Part shown: one piece after another, positions 10,816 through 22,800 of the stretch
Layout of the letters: each line of letters begins with the position of its first letter
How positions within the stretch are numbered: the first letter of the stretch is position 1
Assembly: GCA_023386115.1 (NCBI GenBank)
Contig: JAEWKL010000790.1
Span: forward strand, 1 to 63,632
Origin: Pseudomonadota bacterium
GTDB lineage: Bacteria > Pseudomonadota > Alphaproteobacteria > Rhizobiales > Beijerinckiaceae
Direction: 5' to 3'
DNA: 63,632 nt
Notes under the pieces: model-generated
Database searches by the model: none
The model's input: only the letters and a program-made list of their open reading frames with translations
Told to the model about the DNA's origin: nothing
Position numbers and translations under genes: made by a program

Positions 10816-12402
10816 TCAGCCGCTGGCCGTCGCGACCGTCACCTCCTGGAGGTCGAGGTCGTGCTCCAGGGCGTGCAGCGTCTCGTCGTGGATCCGACCG
10901 GCGCGGTGGAGGCGCAGCACCTCGCGGCGACCTGCCGCGATCGCCGCCGAGAGAACCCGGTAGTGCTCGCTCCGGTCCGACGCGTGGTCACCCGGAGCCA
11001 GGCTGAACCGCTCCGCTGCGGCCGCGCGATGGGCGTACTGCTCCAGCAGCCGCGGGTGACGCAGGGCACCGTCCCCATCGCGCGCCAGAGCCTCAACCGC
11101 AACGAGCTGTGCTTGCGCGACATGAGACCGCGCCTGCGCCCGCGTCAGGTGGGCCACGTCATCATCCGTGACCGAGCCGAGGCCGAGCACCCGGATCAGC
11201 AGCCCGATCGTCGTGCCCTGGAGCAGGACGGTCACCAGGATGACCGCGAAGGCCGCTGCCAGGATGAGGTCTCGCCCGGGCATCGCCTCAGGCACGGACA
11301 GGGCGATCGCGAGCGTCACCACGCCCCGCATCCCGGCCCAGCCCAGCACCAGCGAGGCCGCCGGCGAGGCCGGGCGACCGGGTCGACCGAGCACGCGGTG
11401 CATCCCGACCCGCAGGACGTCGGCGACGAAGACCCAGGCGAACCGGGACAGCACGACGGCGGCCACGACACCCAGAACGGGCAGGCCAAGCGTCCGGATC
11501 GCCTCGTCCGCCCCGTCGAGGCGCTCTACGACACCGCGCAGCGACAGGCCGATCAGGATGAAGACGAAGGCCTCCATCAGGAACACCATCACCTTCCAGA
11601 ACGCCGTCGCGCGCAGCCGCACACCAGCCGAGAAGATCCGGTGCTGCTGCCAGCCGAGGATCAGGCCAGCCGTCACGGTCGCGATGACGCCCGAGACGTG
11701 CACCGCCTCGCCGCTGAGGTAGGCCACCCACGACAGCAGGATGGCGGCCGAGATGATGAGATAGTCGTCCCGCAGCAATCCGAGGAGTACGACCCAGGCG
11801 AAGCCGGCCGCGGCGCCGACGGCGAGGCCGCCGAGGGCGAGGAAGCCGAAGTTCAGCGCGGCGTCAGGGAGGCTGAAGGCCCCGGTGAGCGCGGCGGCCA
11901 CGGCGAAGCGGAATAGCACGAGGCCTGCGGCGTCATTGAGCAGGCTTTCGCCCTCGAGCAGCACCATCAATCGGCGCGGCAGCGAGACGTGCTCGAGCAC
12001 GGCCTTGGCAGCGACGGCATCGGGCGGCGAGACCACCGCCCCGAGGGCGAAGCAGGCCGCCCAGGGCAGCCCGGGCGCGAGCCAGTGGACCGCGAGGCCA
12101 ACGGAGAGCGTCGTGAAGGCGACTGCGCCGACCGCTAGAGACAGGATGCCAGCCAGCTCGCGGCGGAAGTCGGGCCAGGCGGTGAAGTAGGCGCCGTCCA
12201 TGAGGAGCGGGGGCAGGAACAGCACGAGCACGAGGTCGGGGTCGAGACTGACGACTGGGACACCCGGCACGAAGGCGAGCACGATGCCGCCGACGATCAG
12301 CGCCGCGGCGGGCGGCAGGCCTGTGCGCCGGGCCGCCACCTGCAAGCAGAGGACCGCGACCATCGTCAGGAGCACGAACTCGAAGAGCGCGACGGGTGTC
12401 AT
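10816..12402 (-). CDS. CPA1-family Na+/H+ antiporter
   Basis: LFLPPLL, SPPDAVA, LEGESLLNDA, WAGMRGVVTLA. Confidence 0.93.
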   Translation of the reverse strand: MTPVALFEFVLLTMVAVLCLQVAARRTGLPPAAALIVGGIVLAFVPGVPVVSLDPDLVLVLFLPPLLMDGAYFTAWPDFRRELAGILSLAVGAVAFTTLSVGLAVHWLAPGLPWAACFALGAVVSPPDAVAAKAVLEHVSLPRRLMVLLEGESLLNDAAGLVLFRFAVAAALTGAFSLPDAALNFGFLALGGLAVGAAAGFAWVVLLGLLRDDYLIISAAILLSWVAYLSGEAVHVSGVIATVTAGLILGWQQHRIFSAGVRLRATAFWKVMVFLMEAFVFILIGLSLRGVVERLDGADEAIRTLGLPVLGVVAAVVLSRFAWVFVADVLRVGMHRVLGRPGRPASPAASLVLGWAGMRGVVTLAIALSVPEAMPGRDLILAAAFAVILVTVLLQGTTIGLLIRVLGLGSVTDDDVAHLTRAQARSHVAQAQLVAVEALARDGDGALRHPRLLEQYAHRAAAAERFSLAPGDHASDRSEHYRVLSAAIAAGRREVLRLHRAGRIHDETLHALEHDLDLQEVTVATASG

Positions 12403-12747
12403 AGATGAAGCCTCGGGAGCCGAGTGGGCCGCTGCCTCGCAGGACCACCGGCGCGGCGAGTAGAACGGCCCAGCTCGATTTTGCAAGCCTTACGGTTTGA
12501 ACTCAACCAGCTTGGCGGTTCGAGGGGCGGCTTGCGAACTGTTGGAGAAGATCGAAATGTCCGTTTCAAGGCAGTCCGACGGTTGCACGAAGCTCCGAGC
12601 GGTCTTAAAATCGGTTGTCCGGCTATGGCGGAGATCCTTTCTGGTACTATAACCTACAATTGGCGCTGTCGACAAAGAGATCATGGGTCGACGATGCATC
12701 CGCATCGCCCCGTTCACGAATGGCAAGAACAATAATCGGGAGGGAAA

Positions 12748-13530
12748 ATGTCGTCACTTCTGCGCATCTGTGTCGTCACGCTGTTAACATCGGCTGCAAT
12801 CACGGCCGCGCTGGCCCAGCAAGCCGCACCCGCGATGCCGGTCGCGCCCGAAGGGACGGCTGCAAGCGAGCTGTTCGCCATCCAGCAGGCGACCGCGAAC
12901 AGCAAGCCGGGTGCACGTCAGCGCCCGAGCGAGACCATCCCGGTCCCGGTCGCAGGCGTCAGCCCGGCCGCGCAGGCGCTGATCGCCGCTCCTTTCCCAC
13001 CGCACTTCAACGCTGACCCTAAGAGCGCGGCTGAGTGGAAGGAGTTGATCGAACGGCGGGCCGCCCTAATTCGGGCGGCGCTTCCGGCGATGCAGGAGAA
13101 GATGGCGGTCACCGTCCAGCCGGCCGTGATCGGCGGGGTCAAGGCCTACATCGTCACACCGACGTCGGTGCCAGAGGCGAACAAGAATCGGCTGCTCCTT
13201 CACGTGCACGGCGGCGGGTACGTCTTCGCGCCGGGTGAAGCGGCGTTGCCGGAAGCCCTGATGATCGCGGGGTTCGGTGGCTCTAAGGTCATCTCCGTGG
13301 ACTATCGGATGCCACCTGACTTCCCGTATCCCGCCGCGATGGACGACGCGATGGCGGTCTGGAAGGCGGCTGTCACGATGGCTGACCCGAAGAACATGGC
13401 GTTCCTCGGCACCTCGACGGGCGGGGCGATGACGCTCGCGATGGTCCATCGCGCGAAGCAGGAACGACGGCATGGGGTGGATAGCGGGCGTACGATTATC
13501 CGAACGGCGAGGTCCGCTTCAGCTTCATAA
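12748..13530 (+). pseudogene. HSL-family esterase, C-terminally truncated
   Basis: HVHGGGY, VDYRMPP, GTSTGG; homology ends at ~13465, before the catalytic Asp/His region. Confidence 0.8.
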
Positions 13531-13997
13531 CCGGACATGTGTGATCGCGCCGTCAGGCCGTCTCGGATGACCTGAGCTGGCCGGAAGCGGGCTGTCTGGT
13601 CTCGGACGGTGATTTTGGTGAAGCAGACGCTTGAAACGTGCTGGAGCGCTGCAGCCGCCTAATCAACGTAGCGTCGTACATCAGGGCCTGCCCCCTCGCT
13701 TTCGCGGCGGAACTCGCGATAGCGGCCGCGATCCTCGTATCCCGCAGTGCGACGTTGCACGCAGGCGCTGGCAGCGATTTTCAGGGGCGGCCGGCAGTAG
13801 GAGCCGGCCCTCGGGTCGGAGCATTGTGCGAAAGCTGCGGGCGTTTCGAGAACGATCCCGAACAGGATGCATGCAGCCAGCCTTTGTTATCGTTGCCCTC
13901 CTTCGACCCGGGCCTGACTCTCTGAGACCCGGCCCGGACACGGCTGGGCTTCACGATGTGTGCATCAGGCGCCCGCTATGGCAGGCGAGGCGGGGGA

Positions 13998-14540
13998 TCA
14001 TGCCGGCTGGGGAGGCGACCTAAGCTCGGCCTGCGCCGCTGCATTCCGCTTCGGGAGGACCCAGTTCGGGCGCGGGAAGTGGCAGGTGTACCCGTTGGGA
14101 TAACGTTCCAGGAAATCCTGGTGCTCGGGCTCGGCCTCCCAGAAGGGGCCAGCGGGCGCGACCTCGGTCACAACCTTGCCGGGCCACAGGCCGGAAGCCT
14201 CCACGTCCGCGATGGTGTCCTCGGCAATCCGCTTCTGCTCCGGGCTGTCGTAGTAGATCGCGGAGCGGTAGCTCAGGCCGTGGTCCCCGCCCTGGCGGTT
14301 CAGTGTCGTCGGATCGTGGATCTGGAAGAAAAATTCCAGCAGGTCGCGATATGTGACCCGCGCGGGATCGAAGATGATCCCGATGGCTTCCGCATGCGTG
14401 CCGTGGTTCCGGTATGTCGCGTTCGGGACGTCGCCGCCAGTATAGCCGACGCGCGTAGAAAGGACGCCGTCGCGGCGGCGGATCAGGTCCTGCATCCTCC
14501 AGAAGCAGCCGCCGGCCAAAAGCGCGCATTCCTGTGCCAC
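13998..14540 (-). CDS. msrA: Peptide methionine sulfoxide reductase A
   Basis: [42 protein letters not shown]. Confidence 0.92.
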   Translation of the reverse strand: MAQECALLAGGCFWRMQDLIRRRDGVLSTRVGYTGGDVPNATYRNHGTHAEAIGIIFDPARVTYRDLLEFFFQIHDPTTLNRQGGDHGLSYRSAIYYDSPEQKRIAEDTIADVEASGLWPGKVVTEVAPAGPFWEAEPEHQDFLERYPNGYTCHFPRPNWVLPKRNAAAQAELRSPPQPA

Positions 14541-14623
14541 CCCGAATCCTCCGTTCGCTCGATTGTCGCAGCTCGATACGCGCCCTCGTCGGGCAGACGT
14601 CGAGCGAACCACCAAGGTTCCAG

Positions 14624-15148
14624 CTAACCCGCCGCTTCCGCTCCGGCCACTGTGGCTGATGACAGGGCGGGCTCCACCGTGAGCGCCCCTGCCAGTTCCG
14701 TCGCGAGCCGGCCGCGGATGAACTGCTGCGTCACCGTAGCCACCCGCTCGCCGAGCGCCTCGGCCGTGAGAAGATCGGATGCGGGTGGAGCGAAATCAGG
14801 GCCCTGATCCGTGTTCGATTGCGCCGCCGAGCCGAGGAAGAAGCCGAGGCGGTTGAGGTCCTCCTCCGACTTGTCCGAGCGATTGTTTCCGGGCAGCATC
14901 CCGAGACTGACCCAGTGCATCCCGAGCTGGGCGGCCAGTATGCTGAACTCGATCAGGGTCAGCAGCTTGTCGCCGGACCGCGACCCCGAATTCGTGAAGC
15001 CAGCAGCGATCTTGTCCCGCCACGCGCCGGAAACGAAGACCTGAGAGGTCGCGTCGAACGGCGCCCCGAACTCCTCCAGCCAGAAGCCGGTCTTCCGCCC
15101 TGTCTCTCCCAGAAGGTCGTGTGAGGTGAGCACCATCAGAATCTTCAT
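14624..15148 (-). pseudogene. In-frame chimera of a DJ-1/PfpI N-terminus and a flavodoxin/WrbA-like C-terminus
   Basis: MKILMVLTSHD..G.TGRKTGFWLEEF joined to WRDKIAAGFTNSGSRSGDKL...[10 protein letters not shown]. Confidence 0.8.
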
Positions 15149-15282
15149 CGTGCTCCTATGCAGTTAATTCGCAGATATGCCGCTGTAGATTGTCCCGAAC
15201 TACGGATCAATTACACTATTTTGCTGATGATACCATGGTATATGGCCTGTAACTCGCAAATTATATGAGCATATATTATTCA

Positions 15283-17077
15283 TTATACGAGTTCTCCTGG
15301 CGGGATCGTGCGCGTATCAGCAGATAATGTATGGAGATGAACTGGCCGATACGCGAGCCGCGTCGTGCCGCCCTTGTCCAACCAGCAATAACTGTGGTTC
15401 AGCTAACTCTGATCGTCCCTGTGGGGATGATCCTCTCGAGCGTGAGAGCCGCGGCTTTCCGTCCTCGCCAGAGCCGAGTCCAAGCTGACGACCGACTGCG
15501 CCATCATATTGTCGAGCTCGAGAGCCTCGACTAGTTCGGTGTTGAAGAGCAACGAGCGATCCGTCAGCCGCAGGTCCGAGCGAAGCGTTTCGTAGATCTC
15601 GCGGAGCTTCGCCGCTCCTTGCAGGAGCAGAGGTCCATCCCGGAACACCGCGCAGTGACGCTGCATCGCGCGCTGCATTGCAAGTCGGATCGCGCCGACG
15701 TCCACGCACCCAGAGGAATGTCTGAGGCGGTCGAGACGCTCAAGGGCGCGTTCGGTCGCCGTCTCCGGGACGAGGGCGTGGCGTTCGCCGGGCTTGACCG
15801 CCGCGGCAGCCCGAGAGGCTGCTGCGCGACCGAAAACGATGATGTCGAGCAGGGAGTTGGAGCCAAGCCGATTGGCACCATGCACCGACACGCAAGCTGC
15901 CTCCCCGATGGCCATCAGGCCAGGAACCACGAACTCGGGATCTCCGTCGCGCAGAGTGACAACCTCGCCATGCAGGTTCGTCGGGATCCCGCCCATGTTG
16001 TAATGCACCGTCGGTAGGACGGGGATGGGTTCGCGGGTGACATCGACTCCGCCGAAGATCCGGGCGGTCTCGATAATCCCGGGGAACCGCTCGTGGAGCA
16101 GGGATGAGCCGAGATGCTCAAGGTGGAGGTGGATGTGGTCCTTCTGCGGGCCGCAACCCCGACCCTCGTTGATCTCCAGGGTCATTGCGCGGCAGACGAC
16201 GTCGCGCCCGGCGAGATCCTTGGCTGTGGGAGCATAGCGCTCCATGAAGCGCTCGCCCTCTGAATTGGTCAGGAAGCCTCCTTTCCCTCGCGCACCCTCG
16301 GTAATCAGGCAGCCGGAGCCGTAGATGCCGGTGGGGTGGAACTGCGTGAACTCCATGTCTTCGAGCGGCAATCCCGCCCGCGGCGCCATGGCGTTGCCAT
16401 CTCCTGTGCAGGTGTGGGCCGCGGTGCAGGAGAAGTAGGCCCGTCCGTAGCCACCGGTGGCGAGCACGGTCCGGTGTCCACGAAAGCGGTGCAGCATCCC
16501 GGTCTTGAGATCCCAAGCGATCACGCCACGGCAGACGCCCTCCTCGTCCATCAAGAGGTCGAGTGCGACGTATTCCACGAAGAACTCGGTGCGATGCTCC
16601 AGGCACCGTTGGTAGAGCGTGTGAAGGACCGCATGGCCCGTGCGATCCGCTGCCGCACATGTACGCTGGGCGAGCCGCCTGCCGTATTCGAGAGTCTGGC
16701 CGCCGAACGGGCGCTGGTATATCAGCCCGTCAGCCGTGCGCGAGAAGGGCACGCCGTAATGCTCAAGCTCGAGCACGGCAGCCGGCGCCTCCCTGCACAT
16801 AAACTCGATCGCATCCTGGTCGCCGAGCCAGTCCGACCCCTTCACGGTGTCGTACATGTGGTAGCTCCAGTCGTCGCCATCGCCCATGTTGCCGAGCGAT
16901 GCCGCCATTCCGCCTTGGGCGGCGACGGTGTGGCTGCGTGTGGGAGCCACTTTGGTGATACACGCCGTCCGCAGACCCGCAGCCGCCATGCCGAGAGCAG
17001 CGCGCATGCCCGCCCCCCCCGGCTCCGACGATCACGACATCGTTGAGGTGTTCTTCAACCTCATAAGCTCGCGCCAT
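15283..17077 (-). pseudogene. sdhA: Succinate dehydrogenase flavoprotein pseudogene
   Basis: [42 protein letters not shown]; frameshift in the C-run near 17010-17020 and in-frame TAG at 15403-15405. Confidence 0.9.
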
Positions 17078-17098
17078 GGCGGCCGCCCTCGATCGCAA

Positions 17099-17803
17099 TC
17101 AGTGCCCGGCACTCTGGCCGCCATCGACGTGCAGGATCTCGCCCGTCACGAACGGGGCTGACTCCAGGTAGAGGACAGCCTGCACGATGTCTGTGATGTC
17201 GCCCATGCGCCCGATCGGATGCATCCGGTCCAGCGAGGCGTGCGTCTCGGTTGCGTGCATCGGCGTCTTGATGATGCCGGGAGAGACGGCATTTACGCGG
17301 ATCCCGCGCCGGGCGTACTCGATCGCGAGCGCGCGAGTGGCGGCGTTCAGCCCGCCCTTGGTCAGGGAAGCCAGGGCCGAGGGAACTGCGGAGTTCGCCC
17401 GGTCGGCCAGGGTTGTCGTGATTTGGACCACATGGCCGCTCAGGCGCTTCTCCATGTCTGCGAGCGCCTGCTGCGTGATGTAGAAGAACCCCGACGTGTT
17501 GACGGCGATGATGTTCCGGTATTCGGTTTCCGTGTAGTCCGTGAACGGCTTCGCGAGGAAGATGCCCGCGTTGTTGATCAACGAATCCACGCGCCCGAAC
17601 CGCGCCACAGCCTCCGACACCACACGCTCGGCGGTCTCGCGAAGAGAGATATCACCGGGTACTGCCAAGACATCATCATGGTCACTGGGCCTGATCGTGC
17701 GCGCGGTGGCGACGACTCTGTAGCCGCGCTCGCGATAGGCTGTGACGAGCGCAGCGCCAATGCCTTGAGACGCTCCGGTGATAACGGCGACCTTTCTGTC
17801 CAT
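17099..17803 (-). CDS. SDR family oxidoreductase
   Basis: TGASQGIG, NNAG, VNAVSPG, VDGG. Confidence 0.92.
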   Translation of the reverse strand: MDRKVAVITGASQGIGAALVTAYRERGYRVVATARTIRPSDHDDVLAVPGDISLRETAERVVSEAVARFGRVDSLINNAGIFLAKPFTDYTETEYRNIIAVNTSGFFYITQQALADMEKRLSGHVVQITTTLADRANSAVPSALASLTKGGLNAATRALAIEYARRGIRVNAVSPGIIKTPMHATETHASLDRMHPIGRMGDITDIVQAVLYLESAPFVTGEILHVDGGQSAGH

Positions 17804-17827
17804 CGCGGCCTCCTCTTTGCCTGCCGA

Positions 17828-18673
17828 TCACGCCGTGTAAGGTCCGAGCCCGATCTGGCCGACGTAGTGGCCGAGCCTGGTCTCGACCTCGCCCGGCTTG
17901 TGGAACCCGAGCTCCATCAGTGCCTGGATCCGCGTCTGGGCCGCGGGGCGGTTCAGGGACCCAAGGAACGCGTCCCATTCGGGGGCGATGTCGGCATCGG
18001 GAGGGAGGCTGGCGGCATCGACCAGCCGCTTCGTTTCGGCAATCGCCTGTCGATCGAAGGTCGCGATCCGGGCGGCGAGCGCATCGACGAAAACGTCGAG
18101 CTCCGCATCCGGAAAGCTCCTGTTCACGTAGCCGTAGCGTTCGGCGAGGTCGCCATCGACGTCGTCGGCGCCGAGTAGAACCTCCAGCGCCCGGCCTCGC
18201 CCGATCAAGCGCGGCAGCCGCGCCATTGGCCCGCCGCCTGGAACAAGCCCTGCGCCGACCTCCCATTGCGAGAGAATCGCCTTCTCGCGGCTCGCGAAGC
18301 GCATATCGCTGGCGAGAGCGAGTTCGCTGCCGACGCCTGTCGCACGGCCGCGGATCTTGGCGATCGAGACCACCGGGGCCCTGCTGATCCGAACCAGCAT
18401 ATCCGGAAGCTGCTGCAACCCGGTTGGCCCGGGAGGAAGGCTCAGCGTCTTTTCGGGAGGAGCAAGGAAGTCATAGTGCGTGATGAAGAAGCCCGGAACC
18501 GCACTTTCGAAGACGACAACCCTTACGTTAGGGTCGGTCTCCAGCTCCCGGACAATCGCCCCGAGTTGCGGCATGCTGTCCGGACCAAAGATGTTCAGAG
18601 GCGGACTGTCGAAGACAACTCGCCAGAATTCAGGGGAGCGGCGATGTAGTTGAATAAGCTGAGTGCCCGCCAT
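17828..18673 (-). CDS. Enoyl-CoA hydratase/isomerase family protein
   Basis: IAKIRGRATGVGSELALASDMR, GLVPGGG. Confidence 0.9.
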   Translation of the reverse strand: MAGTQLIQLHRRSPEFWRVVFDSPPLNIFGPDSMPQLGAIVRELETDPNVRVVVFESAVPGFFITHYDFLAPPEKTLSLPPGPTGLQQLPDMLVRISRAPVVSIAKIRGRATGVGSELALASDMRFASREKAILSQWEVGAGLVPGGGPMARLPRLIGRGRALEVLLGADDVDGDLAERYGYVNRSFPDAELDVFVDALAARIATFDRQAIAETKRLVDAASLPPDADIAPEWDAFLGSLNRPAAQTRIQALMELGFHKPGEVETRLGHYVGQIGLGPYTA

Positions 18674-18744
18674 CTCTGCCTCCGCTCGACCGGGAGTCCG
18701 GTTCCATTCGGCCGACCATAGATGACAGAAGGCGTGACGCAGAC

Positions 18745-19446
18745 CTATGACACGAAGGTGTCGACGATACCTAAGTATCGATTTCGGCTGATGATCCCGA
18801 GCTGCGCGGCCATGTTGACGAGATCGGCGAAAGACGTCGCGCCCATCTTCTGCATGACCCTGCCGCGATGAGCCTTGACGGTGATTTCGCTAATTCCAAG
18901 CTCACCCCCGACTTGCTTGTTCAAGAGCCCGGTCACGATGAGCGACATCACCTCCCGCTCCCGCGTGCTGAGGGAGGAATGGCGCTCCTGCAAAGCCTCC
19001 AACTGAGAGCGCTGGCTCAGGGTGGCGCTGCTGCGCACGAGGGCTTCGCCTATCGTCCCGAGAAGAGCCTCATCCCCGAAGGGCTTGGTGAGAAACTCGA
19101 TCGCGCCCGCCTTCATGGCCCGGACAGTGGTCGGCACGTCGCCATATCCCGTGATGAAGATCACCGGCATGTCCGCTCCTTCCTGAAGTAGTCGTTGCTG
19201 CAACTCGAGGCCATCGATATCGGGCAGGGAGACGTCGAGCACGAGGCAGCTCGGGGAATTCGGTCGCGGGTGTGAGAGGAAGTCCTGGGCCGAGGAGAAG
19301 ACGACCGGCGACCATCCAGCCTCGTCGATCAAGGCTTCCAGCGCCTCGCGAACGGAGATGTCATCGTCGACAACATAGACAATCGGCTTGACCTCGGCAT
19401 TCGCCCGCGAGGCGAGGCCGGCCTGAGGAGAGTTCCGCCACTGCAT
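18745..19446 (-). CDS. FixJ/NodW-type response regulator (REC plus LuxR HTH)
   Basis: VVDDD, LVLDV, FLTKPF, LSTREREV...NKQVG.ELGISEITVKAHR. Confidence 0.93.
   Translation of the reverse strand: MQWRNSPQAGLASRANAEVKPIVYVVDDDISVREALEALIDEAGWSPVVFSSAQDFLSHPRPNSPSCLVLDVSLPDIDGLELQQRLLQEGADMPVIFITGYGDVPTTVRAMKAGAIEFLTKPFGDEALLGTIGEALVRSSATLSQRSQLEALQERHSSLSTREREVMSLIVTGLLNKQVGGELGISEITVKAHRGRVMQKMGATSFADLVNMAAQLGIISRNRYLGIVDTFVS
18749..18780. promoter_or_regulatory. Tandem palindromic boxes, putative response-regulator sites
   Basis: GACAC-GAAG-GTGTC (18749-18762) and GATAC-CTAA-GTATC (18766-18779), starts 17 bp apart. Confidence 0.6.
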
Positions 19447-19485
19447 CCCACAACCTCCCTTCTCGACCTTCGAAGCTTCATCGGC

Positions 19486-19860
19486 TCACTTAGACACCAA
19501 GACAGTCTCAAGCGCATCGAGCAGCGCCGTGTCCGTGAACGGCTTCAGCAGACACTCCGTGGTTCCAGGCTGTCGCAGGCGGGCGCAGGTCTGCTCATCC
19601 CCGTGCGCCGTGATGAACACGACGGGGATCGCCCTGCCTCGATGCACCAGCTCTCGCTGGAGCTCGATACCGGACATTCCCGGCATCGCAACGTCGAGCA
19701 CGAGGCACTCCGCCCTGTCCAAGAGATCGGATGCAAGGAAATCCTCAGCGGAGGAGAATGTCTCGGCGCTGTGTCCAAATAACGAAATCAGATCGGGCAG
19801 CGACTCGCGCACGGATTCGTCATCATCAATCACCGCGATCATCGCTCGTCGCTGCATCAT
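19486..19860 (-). CDS. Single-domain response regulator
   Basis: VIDDD, LVLDVAMPGMSG, FITAH, LLKPF. Confidence 0.9.
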   Translation of the reverse strand: MMQRRAMIAVIDDDESVRESLPDLISLFGHSAETFSSAEDFLASDLLDRAECLVLDVAMPGMSGIELQRELVHRGRAIPVVFITAHGDEQTCARLRQPGTTECLLKPFTDTALLDALETVLVSK

Positions 19861-22800
19861 CTGAATCCGATAGCATCCGTCGCGCTCGGCACGGCACTTT
19901 GGACCGATATGAATGTCTGGCCAGGGACCATCGCGGGAATGGAGAAGCAGAAGCTCGCGCCCGGCCCCGCGTTGCGCTCAGCCCATAGCCGCCCGTGATG
20001 GCTCTCGATGATGGTCCGGCTGACCGCAAGGCCGATACCCATGCCGTTGCTCTTCGTCGTGAAGAAGGGATTGAACAGCTTCTGTTCGTGCGCAGGATCG
20101 AACCCGACCCCCGAATCCATGACGCGAACGGTGACCTGGCCGTCGGCCTCGTGCTCGGTCGTGAGCAACAGGTCTCTCGAGCGGTCGGTCACAACGCGCA
20201 TCGACTCGGCCCCGTTGAGGAGAAGGTTCAGAAGAACCTGCTGAAGCTGCACCCGATCGCCCACAACGCACGGGAGGTCCTCTGCGAGCTGCATGCGCAG
20301 GTTAACCCCGTTTCTCCTTAATTCGTTCAGCGACAGGGTGACCACTTCCTGTGCCGCGGCATTCAGGTTGACCGTCTCCGAGGCCGGCGCGCGCCTAGAG
20401 AACAGGGCTCGCAGCCGCGCAATGACCTCGGATGCCCGTTTCGCATCCCGGATCGTGCGACGCGCGGTCTCCTGAGCTCCGGTGATGTTCGGCGGGTCGG
20501 CCGCTAGCATGCGCAGCCCGGTTCCGGCATTCGTCATGATCCCTGCCAGCGGCTGGTTCAGCTCGTGCGCAATCGAGGCTGTCAGCTGGCCCATTGTCAT
20601 GACGCGGGTCGCGTGCGCCAGTTCGGCCTGCGTCTCGCGCAGCTCCTCCTGCGCCCGCCGCCAATCATGCATGTCGACACAGACGCCGTACCATTTCACG
20701 ATGCGGCCTTGCTCGTCGCGCAGCGGGAGGCCCGCAGTCAGGCACCAGCGATAGGAGTGGCCTGCCGCATGGATCATTCGAACTTCGACCTGGAAGGGCG
20801 CGCCCGTTGCCGCGCTTGCCTCCCAGGCACGAGCGGCCCGCTCGCGATCGTCCGGGTGGAAAAGACCCCTCCAGCCCTCGCCCTTGATCTCGTGAGCTTC
20901 GCAGCCGGTGTAGTCCAGCATCCGTGTATTACAGTAGTCGCATGATCCGTTCGGGTCCGCGCTCCAGAGCATCTGCGGAATCGTCTCAGTCAGGTTCCGC
21001 AGATTCCATTCGCTCTCGCGCAGCATCTGCTCGGTGCACTTCAATTCCTCGATGTCGATCGTGACGCCGAACCACTTCGTGGCGGCGGACCCGCGCTCGA
21101 GCGGGTTCGCCCGGTTCAGGAACCAGCGGTAGGTTCCGTCGAAGCGGCGGATCCGTGTTTGCGCCTCGCCGGCGCGTCCCGACGCCAGGCACGCGTTCCG
21201 GAAATCGATGTGCGCCTGGAGATCGTCGGGATGCACGACCTGCAGCCACTTCCGCCCTTCCACCTCCTCCAGCGTCAAGCCTAGGTAGTCGCGGTAGTAC
21301 CTGCTGATATACGCGATGCTGCCATCTGGGCCCGCGGACCAGACATAGGCTGGGATCGTGTCGATAATCTCCGCGAGATTGCGCTCGCTCTCGACGATAG
21401 CTGCCTCGGCAACCTTGCGGTCGTGAATATCGATGCACGTGCCATACCACCTGATGATGCCGCCATACCCGTCGCGCAGGGGAAGCGCGTTGGTCAGAAG
21501 CCAGCGATAGGTACCATCGGCGGCGTGCCTGGTGCGGACCTCGACCTGATAAGGTGTACCGGTCTCAATGCACGAGAGCCAGATCTGCTTTGCTTGTTCG
21601 ACATCCTCGGGGTGGAGCATCTTGGTCCACCCAGTACCCATCACCTCGTCCGCCGAGAGCCCGGTGAAATCGAGGAGACGCGTATTGCAATAGTCGATGG
21701 AGCCGTCAGGCATTGCGCTCCAGAGCATCTGGGGAATCGTCTCGGTGAGCTGACGCAGCTTCCACTCGCTCGTACGCAGCGCCTCCTCGGCGCGCTTGCG
21801 ATCTTCGATGTCGATGTTGACACCGAACCACTTTACCACCCGGCCGGCGTCATCCCGTAGCGGGTTCGCGCGGAACAGGAACCAGCGGTAGGTGCCGTCG
21901 AAGCGCCTGACCCTCGCCTCCGCACCGCCGGGCTGGCCTGAGGCAAGCAGGTCCTTCCAGACGGAGATCAAACCCGGTTGGTCGTCAGGATGAACGCTCG
22001 CCGCCCAGCCGGCGCCGAGTACCTCGTCCAGCGTCAGCCCCGTATAGTTCAGGTAGTGCTTGTTGAAGAAGTCGGCCGCCCCGTCGACCTCCGCAGACCA
22101 AAGAACGCTTGGGATAGCATCGACAATCTGCGCGAGCCTGCTCTCGCTTGCCGCAAGCGCCTGTTCCGCTCTCCTCTGGTCATCGATGTCGAGGATCAGG
22201 TGGAACCATCGCAGGACGTTTCCTGCAGGATCGCGCAGCGGGACGCCAAGGACGTTGAACCACCGATAGATCCCATCATGGCGGCGATGCCGGCTTTGCA
22301 CATTGTAAATGCTTCCGGCTTGGTGCGCCGCTATCTGCGCGCTGATCGTCGCCTGAAGGTCTTCAGGATGGACGAGATCCGATGCCTTCCATTCCTTCAG
22401 CTCCTCGAACGATTTGCCGAAATACGCCATCGTCGGCCGATTGACGCCCTCGACCGCTCCGGTCGGCGTGGTGACCGCGACCGGAACGGGGATGCTGTCC
22501 ACAACAAGCTGGAAGTCCAGCTCTCTGCGTCGCAACTCCTCGTTCGCCTCGGCCAGTTCGCGAGTGCGGGCCGCGACACGCTGCTCGAACTCTTCCGCGA
22601 GGCGCCTCTGCTCGTCGAGACGCCGAGCTGCCTGTAGGCCGATTGTCGCCTGGCTGGCTGCGATGTTGAGCAGGAGGCCCTCCGTTTGGCTCGGAAAGCC
22701 TGCTTGCCGCGAGCAGATCACGAGGGAGCCGTATTCCCCGAGCAGCCCGAGCGGGGTTGCGTGGATTGCGAGCTCTGCGCCCGCAATTCCCAGGCGGAAC

